A DNA stretch of 64,000 bases from Octopus sinensis (GCF_006345805.1 NC_043019.1:1302001-1366000); one strand, 5' to 3'. Shown: positions 1 through 12,910, counted from the stretch's first letter. The notes: generated from the sequence alone by a model not told the origin. Numbers and translations are program-made.

Positions 1-25
1 ATTTTGAAATGTTTTTTCTTACGTT

Positions 26-1224
26 ATGGCAAAGAAATTCACTGTGTGGGAATTGACACCTCCCAAAAAATATTTGAATGACCTCGAGGACAAAACCGTG
101 GTGTTGAGGACGTATTCAAAGTCGCTCAACGCCATAATGGTTTTCCCAAAATACACTATTGTTGACGAGCTGGCAGACTATATGCCAGCCGTTAAATACA
201 TTCAACGGGGAGCCAAATACGCAACGATTTGGTTGCTGTTTGGCTCCCCTAAAGATGCTTGCGAGTTTGCAAGCAAGCCCATTGAGGGAAGGAAATCTTG
301 TTTCTCCCCAGTTACAGGGGAGAAAAATTGACAAGACTATGGGTCTGCGGCCTGCCACCCGGCATTGAACCCGAGTGGATAGAAGACTCTATCCGCCGGG
401 GTCTGGGTGACAGGGACGCAAAGATCCTGAACGTCAATATACAGTCTGCGGCTGATTGGGAGGGGTCTAAGGCTACCTTAACCCTATGGACCCAGTCAGC
501 CAAGAGTCTGGTTTTGCCAGACTTTTTGAGAATGGCTGGGTCCAAGTATCCGGTGATACTTGAGGGACGCCCCCCCAAGTGTCACCTGTCTTTGGAGACC
601 GGCCACATCAAGAAGAGCTGCCCCAGGGACCAGAGTAGGATCCTGGAGCGGCTGATATTGGAGCCTCTCTCTGCCTCTTCAATGGAGGGAGAGAAGCAAA
701 GTGAGGAGTAGGAAAAATCCTCCTCCAAAAGAAAGAGAAAGGCGGGGAGCAATGGCGACCCACCAAAGAACCCGAAAGCTGCGGGAGAGGAGAACCCGGT
801 GCGCACAGCTCCGGAACCTCAGCCTCCCGTGGCCCAGGGCCAGAAGAAAAAGAGAAACGGAGCGTCGCAGGCGGATTGCTACACGCAGACGACGGTTCCC
901 GAGTATCCCGGGTCCTCTCAGGCGGGTGTGCCGCCTGAGGGACAATTTGTAGAAGATTGCGTGCTCCTCTTTTTTAGGGGAGAAGCGGTGGAAAACACCG
1001 CACGCAAAGTGAAAAAGAGAGGACGCTGGGAGGGGCTCTGGCCCTGCACGGAAGACCCCGAGTGGCCTTCGCAGTTAGCTGCGGAGGTCGTGGGAATTTC
1101 TGATCTACGCAGGATCATGAGTTCCTTCCCGGCAGACTCCTTCAAGTATATACTTCTGGACACCGGCCTGACCAGCGAGTATTGCCTCAATGAGGCAAGA
1201 GCAATGGTCGGCCGGGTCACTTAG
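26..1224 (+). pseudogene. Tx1/L1-like non-LTR retrotransposon ORF1 (gag-like, zinc knuckle), disrupted
   Basis: ORFs 26-331, 298-711 and 799-1224 join into one ~400-aa frame via one frameshift (~300-330) and one in-frame TAG (709-711). Contains GRPPKCHLSLETGHIKKSCP, a CX2CX4HX4C knuckle with the second C changed to S, after an RRM-like region. GC-rich relative to flanks. Confidence 0.7.
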
Positions 1225-1229
1225 GCGGT

Positions 1230-1365
1230 GTAACATCTTTGTAACATGTGGAAGAGGAGGTTCGTTGCCTCCTCTAAAATATGTAATTTGATATCATGTG
1301 AACATTTTGTAACATTTTGAAGAGGAGGTTTATTGCCTCCTCTAAAATTTGTAATTTGTAATCAT
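1230..1365 (+). repeat. Two ~68-bp tandem units, each with an 8-bp hairpin (3' UTR of the ORF1 element)
   Basis: AGAGGAGG-N7-CCTCCTCT at 1253-1275 and 1321-1343; AATAAA at 1528-1533. Confidence 0.8.
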
Positions 1366-1530
1366 TGTATTAAATGTAATTATTGAACATTGTTTTAGAG
1401 AAGCAAAAGTCGGCGGGCGCTTTCTGACTTCTCCCATCACCATTTTCATCCACCACCACCATCATCCATTAATGTCTTTGTCCAGCCCGTAGCTACTCTG
1501 TGTGCTGCCCTAGTGGCAAATTATTGAAAT

Positions 1531-2055
1531 AAAGTAGCTTGCTAACCAACCACATGGTTCCAGGTTCAGTCCCACTGCGTGGCATCTTGGGCAAGTGTCT
1601 TCTGCTATAGCCCCGGGTCGACCAATGCCTTGTGAGTGGATTTGGTAGACGGAAACTGAAAGAAGCCTGTCGTATAATGTATATATATATATATGTGTGT
1701 GTATGTGTTTGTGTGTCTGTGTTTGTCCCCCTCTTCTTTTAAACGCGCCTATCACCCTAAACACTACGAAATACAGATACATTCAACCATTGCAATATGT
1801 TATTATTTTCATAGGAAACTGAAAGAAGCCTGTCGTATATATGTATATATATGCGTTTGTGTGTTTGTGTGTCTGTGTGTGTGTCCCTAGCATTGCTTGA
1901 CAACCGATGTTGGTATGTTTACGTCCCCGTCACTTAGCGGTGCGGCAAAAGAGACCGATAGAATAAGTACTGGGCTTACAAAGAATAAGTCCAGGGGTCC
2001 ATTTGCTCGACTAAAGGCGGTGCTCCAACATGGCCGCAGTGAAATGACTGAAACA
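1531..2055 (+). mobile_element. SINE family A (tRNA-related, internal TA/TG microsatellite), 5'-truncated, with internal templated insertion
   Basis: Matches >10 other copies in the window (ggttcagtcccactgcgtggc...ggcggtgctccagcatggccgcagtcaaatgactgaaac). Confidence 0.9.
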
Positions 2056-2069
2056 TATATATATATATG

Positions 2070-2410
2070 AGTACAGGACACCACAAAAAAAAAACGTAGA
2101 ACCCAACGAGAAACGAAAACATAAGACATAAATGGAAACGGACTTTTTTTAACAACGAAAAAACAGAGTACAAGACAAACAATACAAGGAATATTCCCCT
2201 TCAGCAGCACCCCTGTTTCGACCTAATGCGTGTTTCGAAGGTAAGGGCAGATCACGATCCAGCCGAAGGAGTCCTTCCTGCAAAATAAATTAAGTAAAAT
2301 TCTTTTGCAGAGGGGTAAAAAAAAGGTGACAAGAACACGACGTATAAGCAATACAAATGAAGAAAAAACAGTACACATACAGAATAAAAACAGGACAAGG
2401 AAACCTATGT
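2070..2410. mobile_element. Non-autonomous (TA)n-inserted repeat, probably Penelope pLTR-derived
   Basis: Begins tatatgagtacaggac like 44655-44760 and shares aaacagagtaca.gacaaacaatacaagga with 21738-21776. Confidence 0.5.
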
Positions 2411-2553
2411 ATGTATGTATGTATGTATGTGTCTATATCATTATATTATTTAGAAACTCACCAATGAGGCAAGGTTGACAATGAAGACAGCAGTCATCTG
2501 CAAAGATGCTGTTATCAACATCATTTTCATGTATGCATTTATGTGTACACATA

Positions 2554-2607
<54 letters not shown>

Positions 2608-2635
2608 GAGTAGCAGAAGTACATGTGTGCGCGTG

Positions 2636-2679
<44 letters not shown>

Positions 2680-3369
2680 GGCGTGCCAGCGCAAAAATAA
2701 AATTAAACGAATACTTTCAACAGGAAAATCAAATTACATACGTTCAACAATCAATATATGTACGAGAGAAAGTACCTACTCAGAAAATAGTGCTATTACA
2801 AAACATTAATTTTATAAACGTGCAGAAAACATTTCTCTGTGTATATGCGAGTATGCTTGTATGCGTGTGTGCGTGCGTGCACGCATGTTGGTGTGTGCAA
2901 AATAATAAACTGAAACACGAATATTTAAGTGAATTACAATATGCATTATAATGCAATAAATTTCGAACTTGATGCGTTAAATATGTGAAACGATGACTTC
3001 TAGTTGTACATGAATACAAATTTGTATGATACAACATAAATGACAAAGAAACACAGCCTCTTCATTAAACCGGAAGATAGAACTTAGAATTTTTTTTAAT
3101 TTCACCTGCAAATTATGTTTCTGTTTCTGTTTTTTTTATATGTATTTTGTTATATTTATGCCATTATTCATATATTTTTGCTTATTTTAGTTATTTGGTT
3201 GCTGTCACGCTAAGGCAGATCTTTCGAGTAATTATCTTATTGAAAACTTTTATCAAATTGCTGCGTCACGTTTGAAATATGAATTAGCACGATGCGATGC
3301 TCCGCCAGGTACAAACGCAGATACTAATATACACACGCACAAATGAAAAGAAATCATATTAAAATCATT

Positions 3370-3528
3370 AGGCGCAGGTGTGACTGTGTAGTAAGAAGCT
3401 TCGTTCCGGGTTCAGTCCCATTGTGCGTTACCTTGGACAAGTGTCTTCTACTATAGATTTGTGCTAACCAAACCCTTATGAGTGTATTTGGTAAATGGAA
3501 ACTGAAATACACCCGTCTTATATATACG

Positions 3529-3561
<33 letters not shown>

Positions 3562-3787
3562 ATGTGTGTGTATGTATATATTTGTGTGTCTGTGTTTGTG
3601 GCCCCACCATCGCATGACAAACAATGTTGCTGTGTTTAATCCCCGCAACTTAGCGGTTCGACAAAGGAGACCGATAGAATAATTACAAGACTTGCAAAGA
3701 ATAAGTCCTACGGCCGATTTGTTCGACTAAAGGCGGTGCTCCAGCATGACACCACTCAAATACCTGAAACAAATAAAATGATAAAAG
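3370..3787 (+). mobile_element. SINE family A, full length, diverged
   Basis: Head aggcgcagg.gtg.ctgtg through 3' gaaacaaataaaa tail. Confidence 0.85.
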
Positions 3788-4249
3788 TATCAAAGAATAT
3801 ATGTGTGGGTATGTGTGCACAGCAAGCTTTGGTATAATTTGTATCTGCCAATTCATTTCTAGCCATTGCTCAATACATAGTTACACCAAATGACCACTTA
3901 GTGTCATCTTATGGAACGTGTCAGTTAGCAGCGATGTTGAACTCAGTATTATACGCTTAAGAATAGAACCGCTTCACCACACAACCTTACTTACGCCTGT
4001 ATTTTTCCATTTATTTTGCTACATTTACAGAGAAATGATCATAAATAGAACTGGATTTCTCATTGTGCTAAAATATATTTTATTTGATATTTTGTGTGTG
4101 CGTATGTATTTAATTTCTGCTTTGTTTTTTTTTTTGTTTTTTTTCTCATTCTTCATAGTTGTCACACATAAATAGACCGGAACACATGACTGAAAGCAAT
4201 ACAGTGAAAAGAAACTAACATACAATTGTACATTGTAAAGTCTGGATAA

Positions 4250-4287
<38 letters not shown>

Positions 4288-4827
4288 GGGAGAGTGGGAG
4301 AATGAAAAATAATAATACACTTAAACACAATGTACTATGAGGTTGAACAAATGATGCAAATAATTTTATGAAGCGTACAATTGTAAATATGAATCGAACA
4401 AATCGATAGATTTTTGTCGTCTTCTAATAGCGATAAATGTTTCAACGACTGTTGCATTGAAAATTAAGTATAAAAAGACGTAGAAAAAAAAATCTTTTCC
4501 CGAAGGAAAATCTACATTCAGTAGGAAAGATTAGAAAGAAAAGAATAGGAATATGATCTGATTTGAATTAGACATACATATATGTTAGTGTGTCAGCACA
4601 GAGTATCAATGAATGGACCAATAATTAATAAACGTTTTGTCTAATTTTCGAGTCGGCATTAACATATATAACGATTTATATTCTTTTCGATGTTATTTGA
4701 GTTTTTGCTCTACTCCAAACACCGTTTTCCTATACTTTAGAATGTGACACAATCAAGAGATTGGCACAGCAACTCAGCGTTAAAAAACAAAGAAAACAAA
4801 TATTGATATCATTATGCATTGTAGGGA

Positions 4828-4935
4828 AGCGAGCTGGCAGAATAATTAGAAAACCGAGTGAATTGAATTGCTTAGCGGCATTTCGTTCGTCTTTACGTTC
4901 TGAATTCAAGTTTCGCGGGGTTCGAACTGTTGCCG
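4828..4935 (+). mobile_element. SINE family C, 5' part
   Basis: gcgagctggcagaat...ttctgaattcaagtt matches 17607, 31258 and 59517 copies. Confidence 0.65.
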
Positions 4936-5409
4936 ATTATGATCCCGGAAATTAATGAGGGACTTCACCAAAGAATTTCAGGCGTCGTTGTGGATTGTCA
5001 ACACGGTGATGCAGGACAAAATTCAATAATAGGTCTATATGTCCTACAATGTTACAATGGCACACGAAAGACATTTAATCGGTGCCAAGCACTTATTTAA
5101 CAGGGCAAGAGAGACTGATGAAGAAACGTACTGTAGTTATTCTCTGATGAGAAAAATTTCGACAAAAACCAAAAGTCATACAGAAAAATATCATGATTAT
5201 ATACTAATTCTTGTAATGATTGCACATTAAGTTTCCATCAACTGTGATGGGTTTAAGAATGGTGAGTAAACCATGTCATGCCACTTTACGTATCAAAATT
5301 AAAATTCCTGCATACGTTGAGGTGCTGGAGCCACCCTGAAGGGATGAAGTAAGCTGTGGAAGGCAACAAACATTGCAACAAGTCACAGCACCTTTTCGCA
5401 ATGTCCACA

Positions 5410-5844
5410 TAGACCAAGGATGTGTGGTCAGAGAATCTTTCCTGTCATGTGACACCAAATTAGTGGTCTTTCAAACTCGCTAGATTTACATAGGATGGAC
5501 TACTACGTTTGGAACATTATTGAGAAGGATACTAATCAACAGTGTCACAATACAAAAGCTTCACACACGACAGCCATTGTGCAGGTGACGCTCAAAATAA
5601 ATAAGGTACATTTAGAGCAGGTTTGTCAAAAACTCCATATCACATTTTGAAAGAGTCATCAAAGCTGAACGTGGATTCATAGAAGAATCTAGTCTGAAGG
5701 CTTATCAAGAACGTGTGTACAAATTTCTATAAAAATACATTTTCCTTTTTTTTCGTTTTATTATTATTATTTTTTTCTTGCTAGATTACATTTGTGTTCT
5801 TTAGTTACCAAATACATCTTCAGTTACCTCTCGGACCCTGCATA
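5410..5844 (+). mobile_element. Tc1/mariner (DD37D/maT-like) transposase C-terminal remnant with 3' TIR
   Basis: Frameshifted translation SNSLDLHRMDYYVWNIIEKDTNQQCHNTK...FERVIKAERGFIEE (degenerate WPPNSPDLNPMDY motif); probable terminus cttcagttacctctcggaccctgcata. Confidence 0.75.
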
Positions 5845-6349
5845 TATCAGGAGAACTATAGTAGTTTTCAAGCCACAAACAATCTTTAAAACAAACATAT
5901 CTCCCTTGGGGCACACCGGGTTAATAACACAGTAAGACAAACATACACACCCACATACAGAGGCAAACAAACATTAAGACAAACAAATTCTCACAGATAC
6001 ACGCACACATGCACACCAACACACACAAACACACAGAGGCATAGACTCATACACAGATGTATGCTACAGTGATTGCAACCTAATTCTTTTGATCTTCTAT
6101 TTATTTCAGTTTAGCATCGCCATCACCTCTATTACCATTCCTGATTGTTACTATGACAATTATTTGTTAACATTAACATTAGCATTATTCATTATATTTG
6201 TATTAACACACTTCCTTATATAAATATTTGTACAAAACGTAACACAATATGAATATTTACCTCCGGATGTGTTTCTAAAAGAAACCGGTTGGCTATTATA
6301 CAAAATCAAAGTGTTTTGTTGTAATTTTTGTGCATTTGAGCGCACACGT

Positions 6350-6745
6350 TCTTATGACTGTGTATGTGTGTGTATGTGTGTGTGTGTGCGCGTATGTGTG
6401 TGTGTCTAGGTGTGCGTGTGTGTGTCTGAGTGTTTGTATGTGTGCCTGCGTGCGTGCCTGCGTGCATGCCTGCGTGTGTGCATGTGTGTGTCGCTGTATG
6501 TCTGTGTGTGCGTGGGTGTGTCTGAGTGTTTGTAGCTGTGTGTGCGTGCGTGCGTGCATGCGTGTATGTATTGTGTCTGTGTGTGTCTGCATGCGCGTGT
6601 GTGTGTCTGAGTATTTGTATGTGTGCCTGCCTGGGTGCGTGCATGCATGTGTGTATGTGTGTGTGTATGTGTGCGCGTGTGTGTGTCTGAGTGTTTGTTT
6701 CTGTGCGTGCGTGCGTGCATGCCTGCATATGTGTGTGTGTCTAAC
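6350..6745. repeat. Complex (TG/TGCG)-rich microsatellite/minisatellite
   Basis: Direct inspection; recurring gtgtgtctgagtgtttgt sub-unit. Confidence 0.9.
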
Positions 6746-7112
6746 ATCGTGAGACGATGATTCTGCACCTTGTGAGATACGATACGGACAGTGCAGTGTC
6801 TAATATCACGATAAAGATCAACGCATGTGTGATAATCATGGTACGTACAATGACTGTACTGTAATGCGCTGTTCGCTTATTTTATCCTGGTGCTGTTTTA
6901 TGCCCCGATTTTTCTTCAGCCGGTGCTCTTGCAATTTTTAAAATTCGTCTACTTCCAGTATCTGACTCACCGATCGTCAGAAGCTTAACCCCATTAGTAT
7001 TATCAACGTCCACTTTCTCGTGACCAGTTTTCTGCCGTAGATTCCTTTTATTCCTATTTCATTCATATGGAGCCTATAACAATTCCATGTTTAAAAAAAA
7101 TATTATATTCTT

Positions 7113-7143
<31 letters not shown>

Positions 7144-7298
7144 TTATTATTATTATATTATTATTATTATTATTATTATTATTTATTATTATTATTATTA
7201 TTAGACATAATACGAAGAGCGCGATGCAATTGTCTATTCACCTTTCTGAGGAGTTACGTCAATCCTTTTGTAATATTATCATTATTATTAATATTCTT

Positions 7299-7329
<31 letters not shown>

Positions 7330-7355
7330 TTATTATTATTATTATTATTATTATT

Positions 7356-8297
7356 CTATGTTTGACTTTTGCTTTATGTCTGTACAAGTTGGCTCCAAGT
7401 CTCACCCAGAGACCTCAAGAGACAACAGGTTGGAAGTTCTGTGCCATATATTTGGGTCTTTTTTTTCTTTTTTCTTTTTTCCTTTTTTTTCTTTCTTTTT
7501 GGTGTTGTACTAGTGAATGTCTAATACATAAACACAAAAAATAAATAAAGTAAAAAAAAATTTTTTTTTAAAGTTTATTTTAAACCTTGGGATTACATAC
7601 AGAGTATTTTGCGTAGGATATGAGCAGTTCCCATGAGCACTATCTTTTGAATTTCTGCCATTTTGGGGTTTCCTGGTATCTGAGTTAGGTAGCAATCAGT
7701 CCCTTTCGCTATCATTCCCAGGGCACCTATGACAACAGGTATTGTTTTAGTCTTCAGCTTCCACATTTTGCTGATTCCTATTTCAAGATCTTTATATTTG
7801 CTCAGTTTTTGGTAGGTCTTGACAGATACGTTTATATCGATTGGGACAGTCATATCAATGAGGAGGCATGTTCTTTGTCTGAAGTCTTTCAATATAATGT
7901 CTGGCCTATTTGCATCTATCTTCCTGTAAGTTTGAATGGTGAAGTTCCAGAGGAGTGAGATGTGGTCATTTTCAAGCACAGGAGGTGGATTGTGTTCCCA
8001 CCAGTTTTTTTTTTCATGGGGCAAATCCAGGTTTTTGCAAATTAACCAGTGAATATATTGTGCAGCTCTATCATGTCTACTGAGGTACTCTGTAAGCGCT
8101 AGAAGACTGCATTTGGAGACAACATGTTCAATGGTTTCATTTTGTTGTCGGCATACACGACATGTTGGGCTACTGCCGTTCTTTAATATGTTGGCCAGGT
8201 AGTTTCTTGTTGGTAGGCATTGATCTTGAGCTGCTATGATAAACCCCTCTGTTTCAGATTTTAAGCCAGAGGCCATTAGCCATTGATGAGTTAGGGC

Positions 8298-8301
<4 letters not shown>
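7356..8301 (-). mobile_element. R4/Dong-clade non-LTR retrotransposon, 5'-truncated (CCHC finger + restriction-like endonuclease + 3' UTR)
   Basis: Open ORF 7593-8276 with CRVC..ETIEHVVSKC and NRPDIIL..DMTVP..K.SKY motifs; both ends abut (TAA)n, the known target type of Dong elements. Confidence 0.9.
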
Positions 8302-8356
<55 letters not shown>

Positions 8357-9860
8357 CATCATCATTATTTTTATTAGTCGTTGTTGTTGCGTATAAAATT
8401 GTTTAAATATTTTGTGTATTGCATAGGTCGGTCGAATTTATTGCACATAAATGTATGGCCAAAGTCCTTGTAAGCATCTCCAATAGTCCACTAGACGGCT
8501 GAAAACCACTGGTATAAAGAGATATTATGGTTTTTAGAATATAATTGAGGAGACTGCTGTATTAACTTGGCAGAAGCCAGGCTCCCATACAACACATCTT
8601 TAGAAATGCTGCCATCTCTCACGCAGTCTACAAGGCCTACCCTGCAGAGGTATATTTCCTGCAGTGCAATAAAGAGACACGTAATTTTCTCGAGAGTCAG
8701 GTCAGCATTATTGGGGACTCAGTTAAACGAACTGACATCTGCCCTCCGACGTGACTGCTTAGTTGAAATGCATTGAAATGTTGCTCTCTACTGGAATAGA
8801 GGCTTTAGGTTTTTCCGTCGTAAAACTGTATCTTCAAGACATAAGCTCTGTAGTATTACAGCATTTGGGTGCAATGACGCATACCTTGGTGGTTACAATC
8901 GTGATGTAGTGATTTCGATTCCTGGACCCGGCTGTGTGTTGTGTTCCTGAGCACGACACTTTATTTCACGTGTTGCATAAAACAGCTTGCTCGGACTTGC
9001 TCTTTGGAGTGTAACTTTCTAGGCGCAGCCCCATTTTCCTTACTCTTTTGTTTTACATTATCCTGCTCCCACATTCTCCTTATTAACCTCGCTGGTGTTG
9101 AGACTTCTCTTCCAGTAGACCGTTTCATACAAAATTTTAGAGGGCGGTTGTCCCATGACGGTTGGGCGAATGTATAAGAATGGGCGTACTACCTCCAGCT
9201 GCCAGTAATGTTAGTGACTTCTCAGCTTCGTTTCCCAGCATATTCGTATCCTCAAACAGATGCTCAAACAGAAGTCTTCACGTGTGCTTTTGAGTCTCTC
9301 TATGACCGAGGGTGGCACCTCTGCATGTGTCACTTACGTCATCTCAACTGCAAACATAATATCTTGGTGACACCTTCGGGTAATTTAATTTTGGTTAGGT
9401 CGGATAATACTCAGCAGATTCTTATTCGATTTTGTGTAAGATTAAACAATATCACTAGATGATCCAAATACTTGCTTCGACATGACTAAAAAGATGCTGA
9501 GGGTTTATGATGCTGCAATATATAGACAGGTGAGAGAAAGCTGTTAGGCAACCTACAGAATATCTACTGCCAAACAACCTCCAGGAGATGTGTGCTATAC
9601 AAATCAATTGCAAAATTACAAGGAGACGTTGGAATACTTATAGACATGTCATACTGAAGCTAGATCTCTACGCGTGAGATAATATATATTTTACTAGAAG
9701 AGAAGGGTTTCCATAAGAGTTGAAATCCTCGTTAGTGCCCTTTCTGCGAGAAGCTTATTACTGAAGCTAGTGAAGAGAAATGGACAGGAGACGCAGAGAG
9801 ACAGACACAGACACAAACATAGACAGAGGGACAGAGAGACAGCGAGACAGACAGTCAGAC

Positions 9861-9895
<35 letters not shown>

Positions 9896-10119
9896 CCAGA
9901 TTTTCTCTATCCAGCCGATTGTGTTCGATGGGCATTTAAAAAATTTCTTAGTGTACGGTCTGACCATTCGAGAAAACCGAATGGTGCCGGATTCTATGAG
10001 CAAATTTCAGTGATAATACAGGTGTAACGTCATGACCACTCTGCAAAAACTGTCAGTCTATCTGTCTATCTAAATATCTAACTATCTAACTATCTATCCA
10101 TCTATCCATCTATCTAGGG

Positions 10120-10300
10120 AGAGTTTACGAAAAAAAACAAAAAAAAACGAAACAAAAGACAAAGACAGGTGGTGTACGAAACAAACAGATGTATTAGTAT
10201 AACACCCAGGAATATAAAAAGTCTTTTACATTTCGAGCATACGCTCTTCTACAGAAAGGGACACAGAAAATAACAGGGACTGAAAAAATGTGCGTAATGG
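10120..10300 (-). mobile_element. Non-autonomous Penelope pLTR-like repeat with HHR-like scaffold (family D)
   Basis: Related copies at 15923-16110, 16400-16500 and 38310-38500; minus strand CTGTAGA-A-GAGCgtatGCTC-GAAATGTA. Confidence 0.6.
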
Positions 10301-10304
10301 CTAC

Positions 10305-10313
10305 CAATCTATC

Positions 10314-10380
<67 letters not shown>

Positions 10381-10384
10381 CATC

Positions 10385-10415
<31 letters not shown>

Positions 10416-10443
10416 CTATCCATCTATTTATCTATCTATCAAT

Positions 10444-10507
<64 letters not shown>

Positions 10508-10555
10508 ATAACTATCTAAGTATCTATCTATCTTCCTCTCTATTGATCGATCGAT
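10305..10555. repeat. (ATCT)n microsatellite
   Basis: Direct inspection. Confidence 0.95.
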
Positions 10556-11225
10556 AAATATGTGTGTGAGAGAGAGAGAGATAGGGAGATTATGTGTGCA
10601 TGAATGTGCGTGTGTTGACGTGTGTGTCTATGTATGTATGAATGTATGTATGTATAACATATCCCTACTTACTCATTCAGAAAATAACGTTCATTTAATT
10701 TCACAGTGATGCCTCCAGTATGGCCGCAGCCATCGAGCTGCCTCTATGAGGTGAATAAAAGAATAATCCCCAATATTTGCTACTACGTGTAATTAGATTT
10801 GATATTAAATACACTGGAAGCAATTATTGTTGAAAAGAAGCATCCTGCCGTTCACTATAATTACATTATACGCTAATTCGAAATGTATTTAACTGTATTG
10901 GGATAATTATATCTTAAAATAGCGTCTCTTAAAAAATAATTGAGCAAACATCATTCCACATAACAATATTTTTAACAGTTCTGCAAACAAATATCAAATA
11001 ATAGTTCATTTCCAGTCCACCCACCAGATTACATTTCATTTCAAAAGAGGAAGGAGGCAGACGAAATACCTATATCTTTACTACCCACAAGGGGCTAAAC
11101 ACATATATATATATATATGTGTGTATATATATAATATATATTATACATATAAATATATACGTATATACGTGCATACATACATATATATATATATATATTA
11201 TATATATATATATATATTATATATA

Positions 11226-11271
<46 letters not shown>

Positions 11272-11288
11272 GTATATATATACATATA

Positions 11289-11683
11289 TCTTATATATAA
11301 AAGTGAGGTTGTGAGCTGTCTGTCTCCTACGATTTAGATTCCTAACTACTCCCACATTTTGCGGTGCATTTTAACCAAAACCGGGTATCTTATAGTCGTG
11401 ATTCATATCGTGCCCTTCTGGGTATTAGCGCGCGTCTACAATGAGTCTACGATTAAAAAAAAAATTACCATAAATTATTCCCATTTTTAATGCATTTTTG
11501 GCATATATAAGGGAAGTAACTCTCTAAAAATTTATTATTAAATCTCAGAACGTAAAAAGCTACAGTAACACCCCCATCTTTGTGGTTAGCCATATTGAGA
11601 TGGCTATTATACATTACATCTCTAAAAATGGTTATATAGTTATTTCCCTTACAAACTCGAGCAACGCTGGGCGATACTGCTAG
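11289..11683 (+). mobile_element. Non-autonomous Helitron
   Basis: 5' TC, 3' CTAG, inserted between A and T, subterminal ctcgagcaacgctggg hairpin-like motif; highly similar to 45248-45642. Confidence 0.85.
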
Positions 11684-11879
11684 TATTATATATATAATAT
11701 ATATATATATTATATATATATATATATATATGTATACGAGAGGTTTTGGTGTACAGAAGAACCAAAATGGCAGGTAAGGCTATGTAAGTGCTAAGGAAGG
11801 ACCGCAGTTAAACTCGCAATTTGATGATAGCATGAGTGAGGATTCTAATGCGAATCGTGTGTCCATCTGAGCACGTCCC

Positions 11880-12140
11880 TCTATATATATAAATCACAGC
11901 ATGTGCGTCTCTCTGTGTGTTTGTCATGTCGTTAAAACTCGAGAACCACCCGACCGATTTTAATGAAATTTTTACAGATGCATTACATAGGGTCCATGGA
12001 GTGTCATGGACAAAAGACATTTCAAATTCTTGCCTAATGTGGGCCCAGGGGCAGATAAACCACATTTTTAAGCACTTTCGCTGCATAAGAGAATCCAATC
12101 GCATTCCTCCAAATATGCATTAAAGAGGGGGGCATCGGAC
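11880..12140 (+). mobile_element. Possible Helitron/Helentron-like 5' fragment
   Basis: tctatatatataaa start and ccgattttaatgaaatt motif similar to the 28668 element; no 3' CTAG end seen. Confidence 0.4.
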
Positions 12141-12142
12141 AG

Positions 12143-12184
<42 letters not shown>

Positions 12185-12273
12185 AGAAGAAGCAATAGCT
12201 AACGTTTTTAGGCTGCTATTTCGAAACTTCGGTATGTGGTAAAGCAAATCTTTGCTGAACCCTAATTATTAAG

Positions 12274-12304
<31 letters not shown>

Positions 12305-12321
12305 ATATATATATATATATT

Positions 12322-12352
<31 letters not shown>

Positions 12353-12357
12353 GTATG

Positions 12358-12419
<62 letters not shown>

Positions 12420-12459
12420 CATGCACACACACATATATATACATTTATATATATACATG

Positions 12460-12516
<57 letters not shown>

Positions 12517-12772
12517 ATATATATATGTATATATTATATATATATATATATAATTCTGTATATCTTACTAAACATAATTTCCTTGTAGAAAGCCGTAGAA
12601 CTGCGTAATACGTATTGAGAAAGCTTTTTAAGTCGCTCTAGACAAATACTTTAGTTTTCTGGTCTTCTATACGATATCCAGATTCAGACATAGAAACTGC
12701 TATTCTGAAACAAAACCGCCTCATTCGCCGATGGTGAGTGCATATGTATTATGAATATATAGTAAATGGTGC

Positions 12773-12811
<39 letters not shown>

Positions 12812-12842
12812 CAAAATAAGCAACAAGTATATGCAAGGTAGA

Positions 12843-12910
12843 GTAGTACAATTGTTTCATGCTACTTCATATTCTTAAACACTGTTGCTCTTCGAGCAAT
12901 CTTCAGCCAC
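12843..12910 (-). ncRNA. Type I hammerhead ribozyme-like motif (extended loop II)
   Basis: GTGG-CTGAAGA-T[TGCT..AGCA]T-GAA-ACAATTGT-A-CTAC; helix I GTGG/CTAC, palindromic helix III. Confidence 0.6.

Noticed and set aside
5110-5170. CTGATGA motifs near GAAAC/GACA
   Set aside because: One lacks helix II and the other lacks GAAA and helix I; compatible with chance.
6960-7070. Minus-strand exon ending in GTGAGT donor
   Set aside because: No acceptor giving an open frame and no partner exons found.
12590-12745. Plus-strand exon ending in ATG|GTGAGT
   Set aside because: Stops in all frames from the nearest good acceptor; no supporting neighbours.
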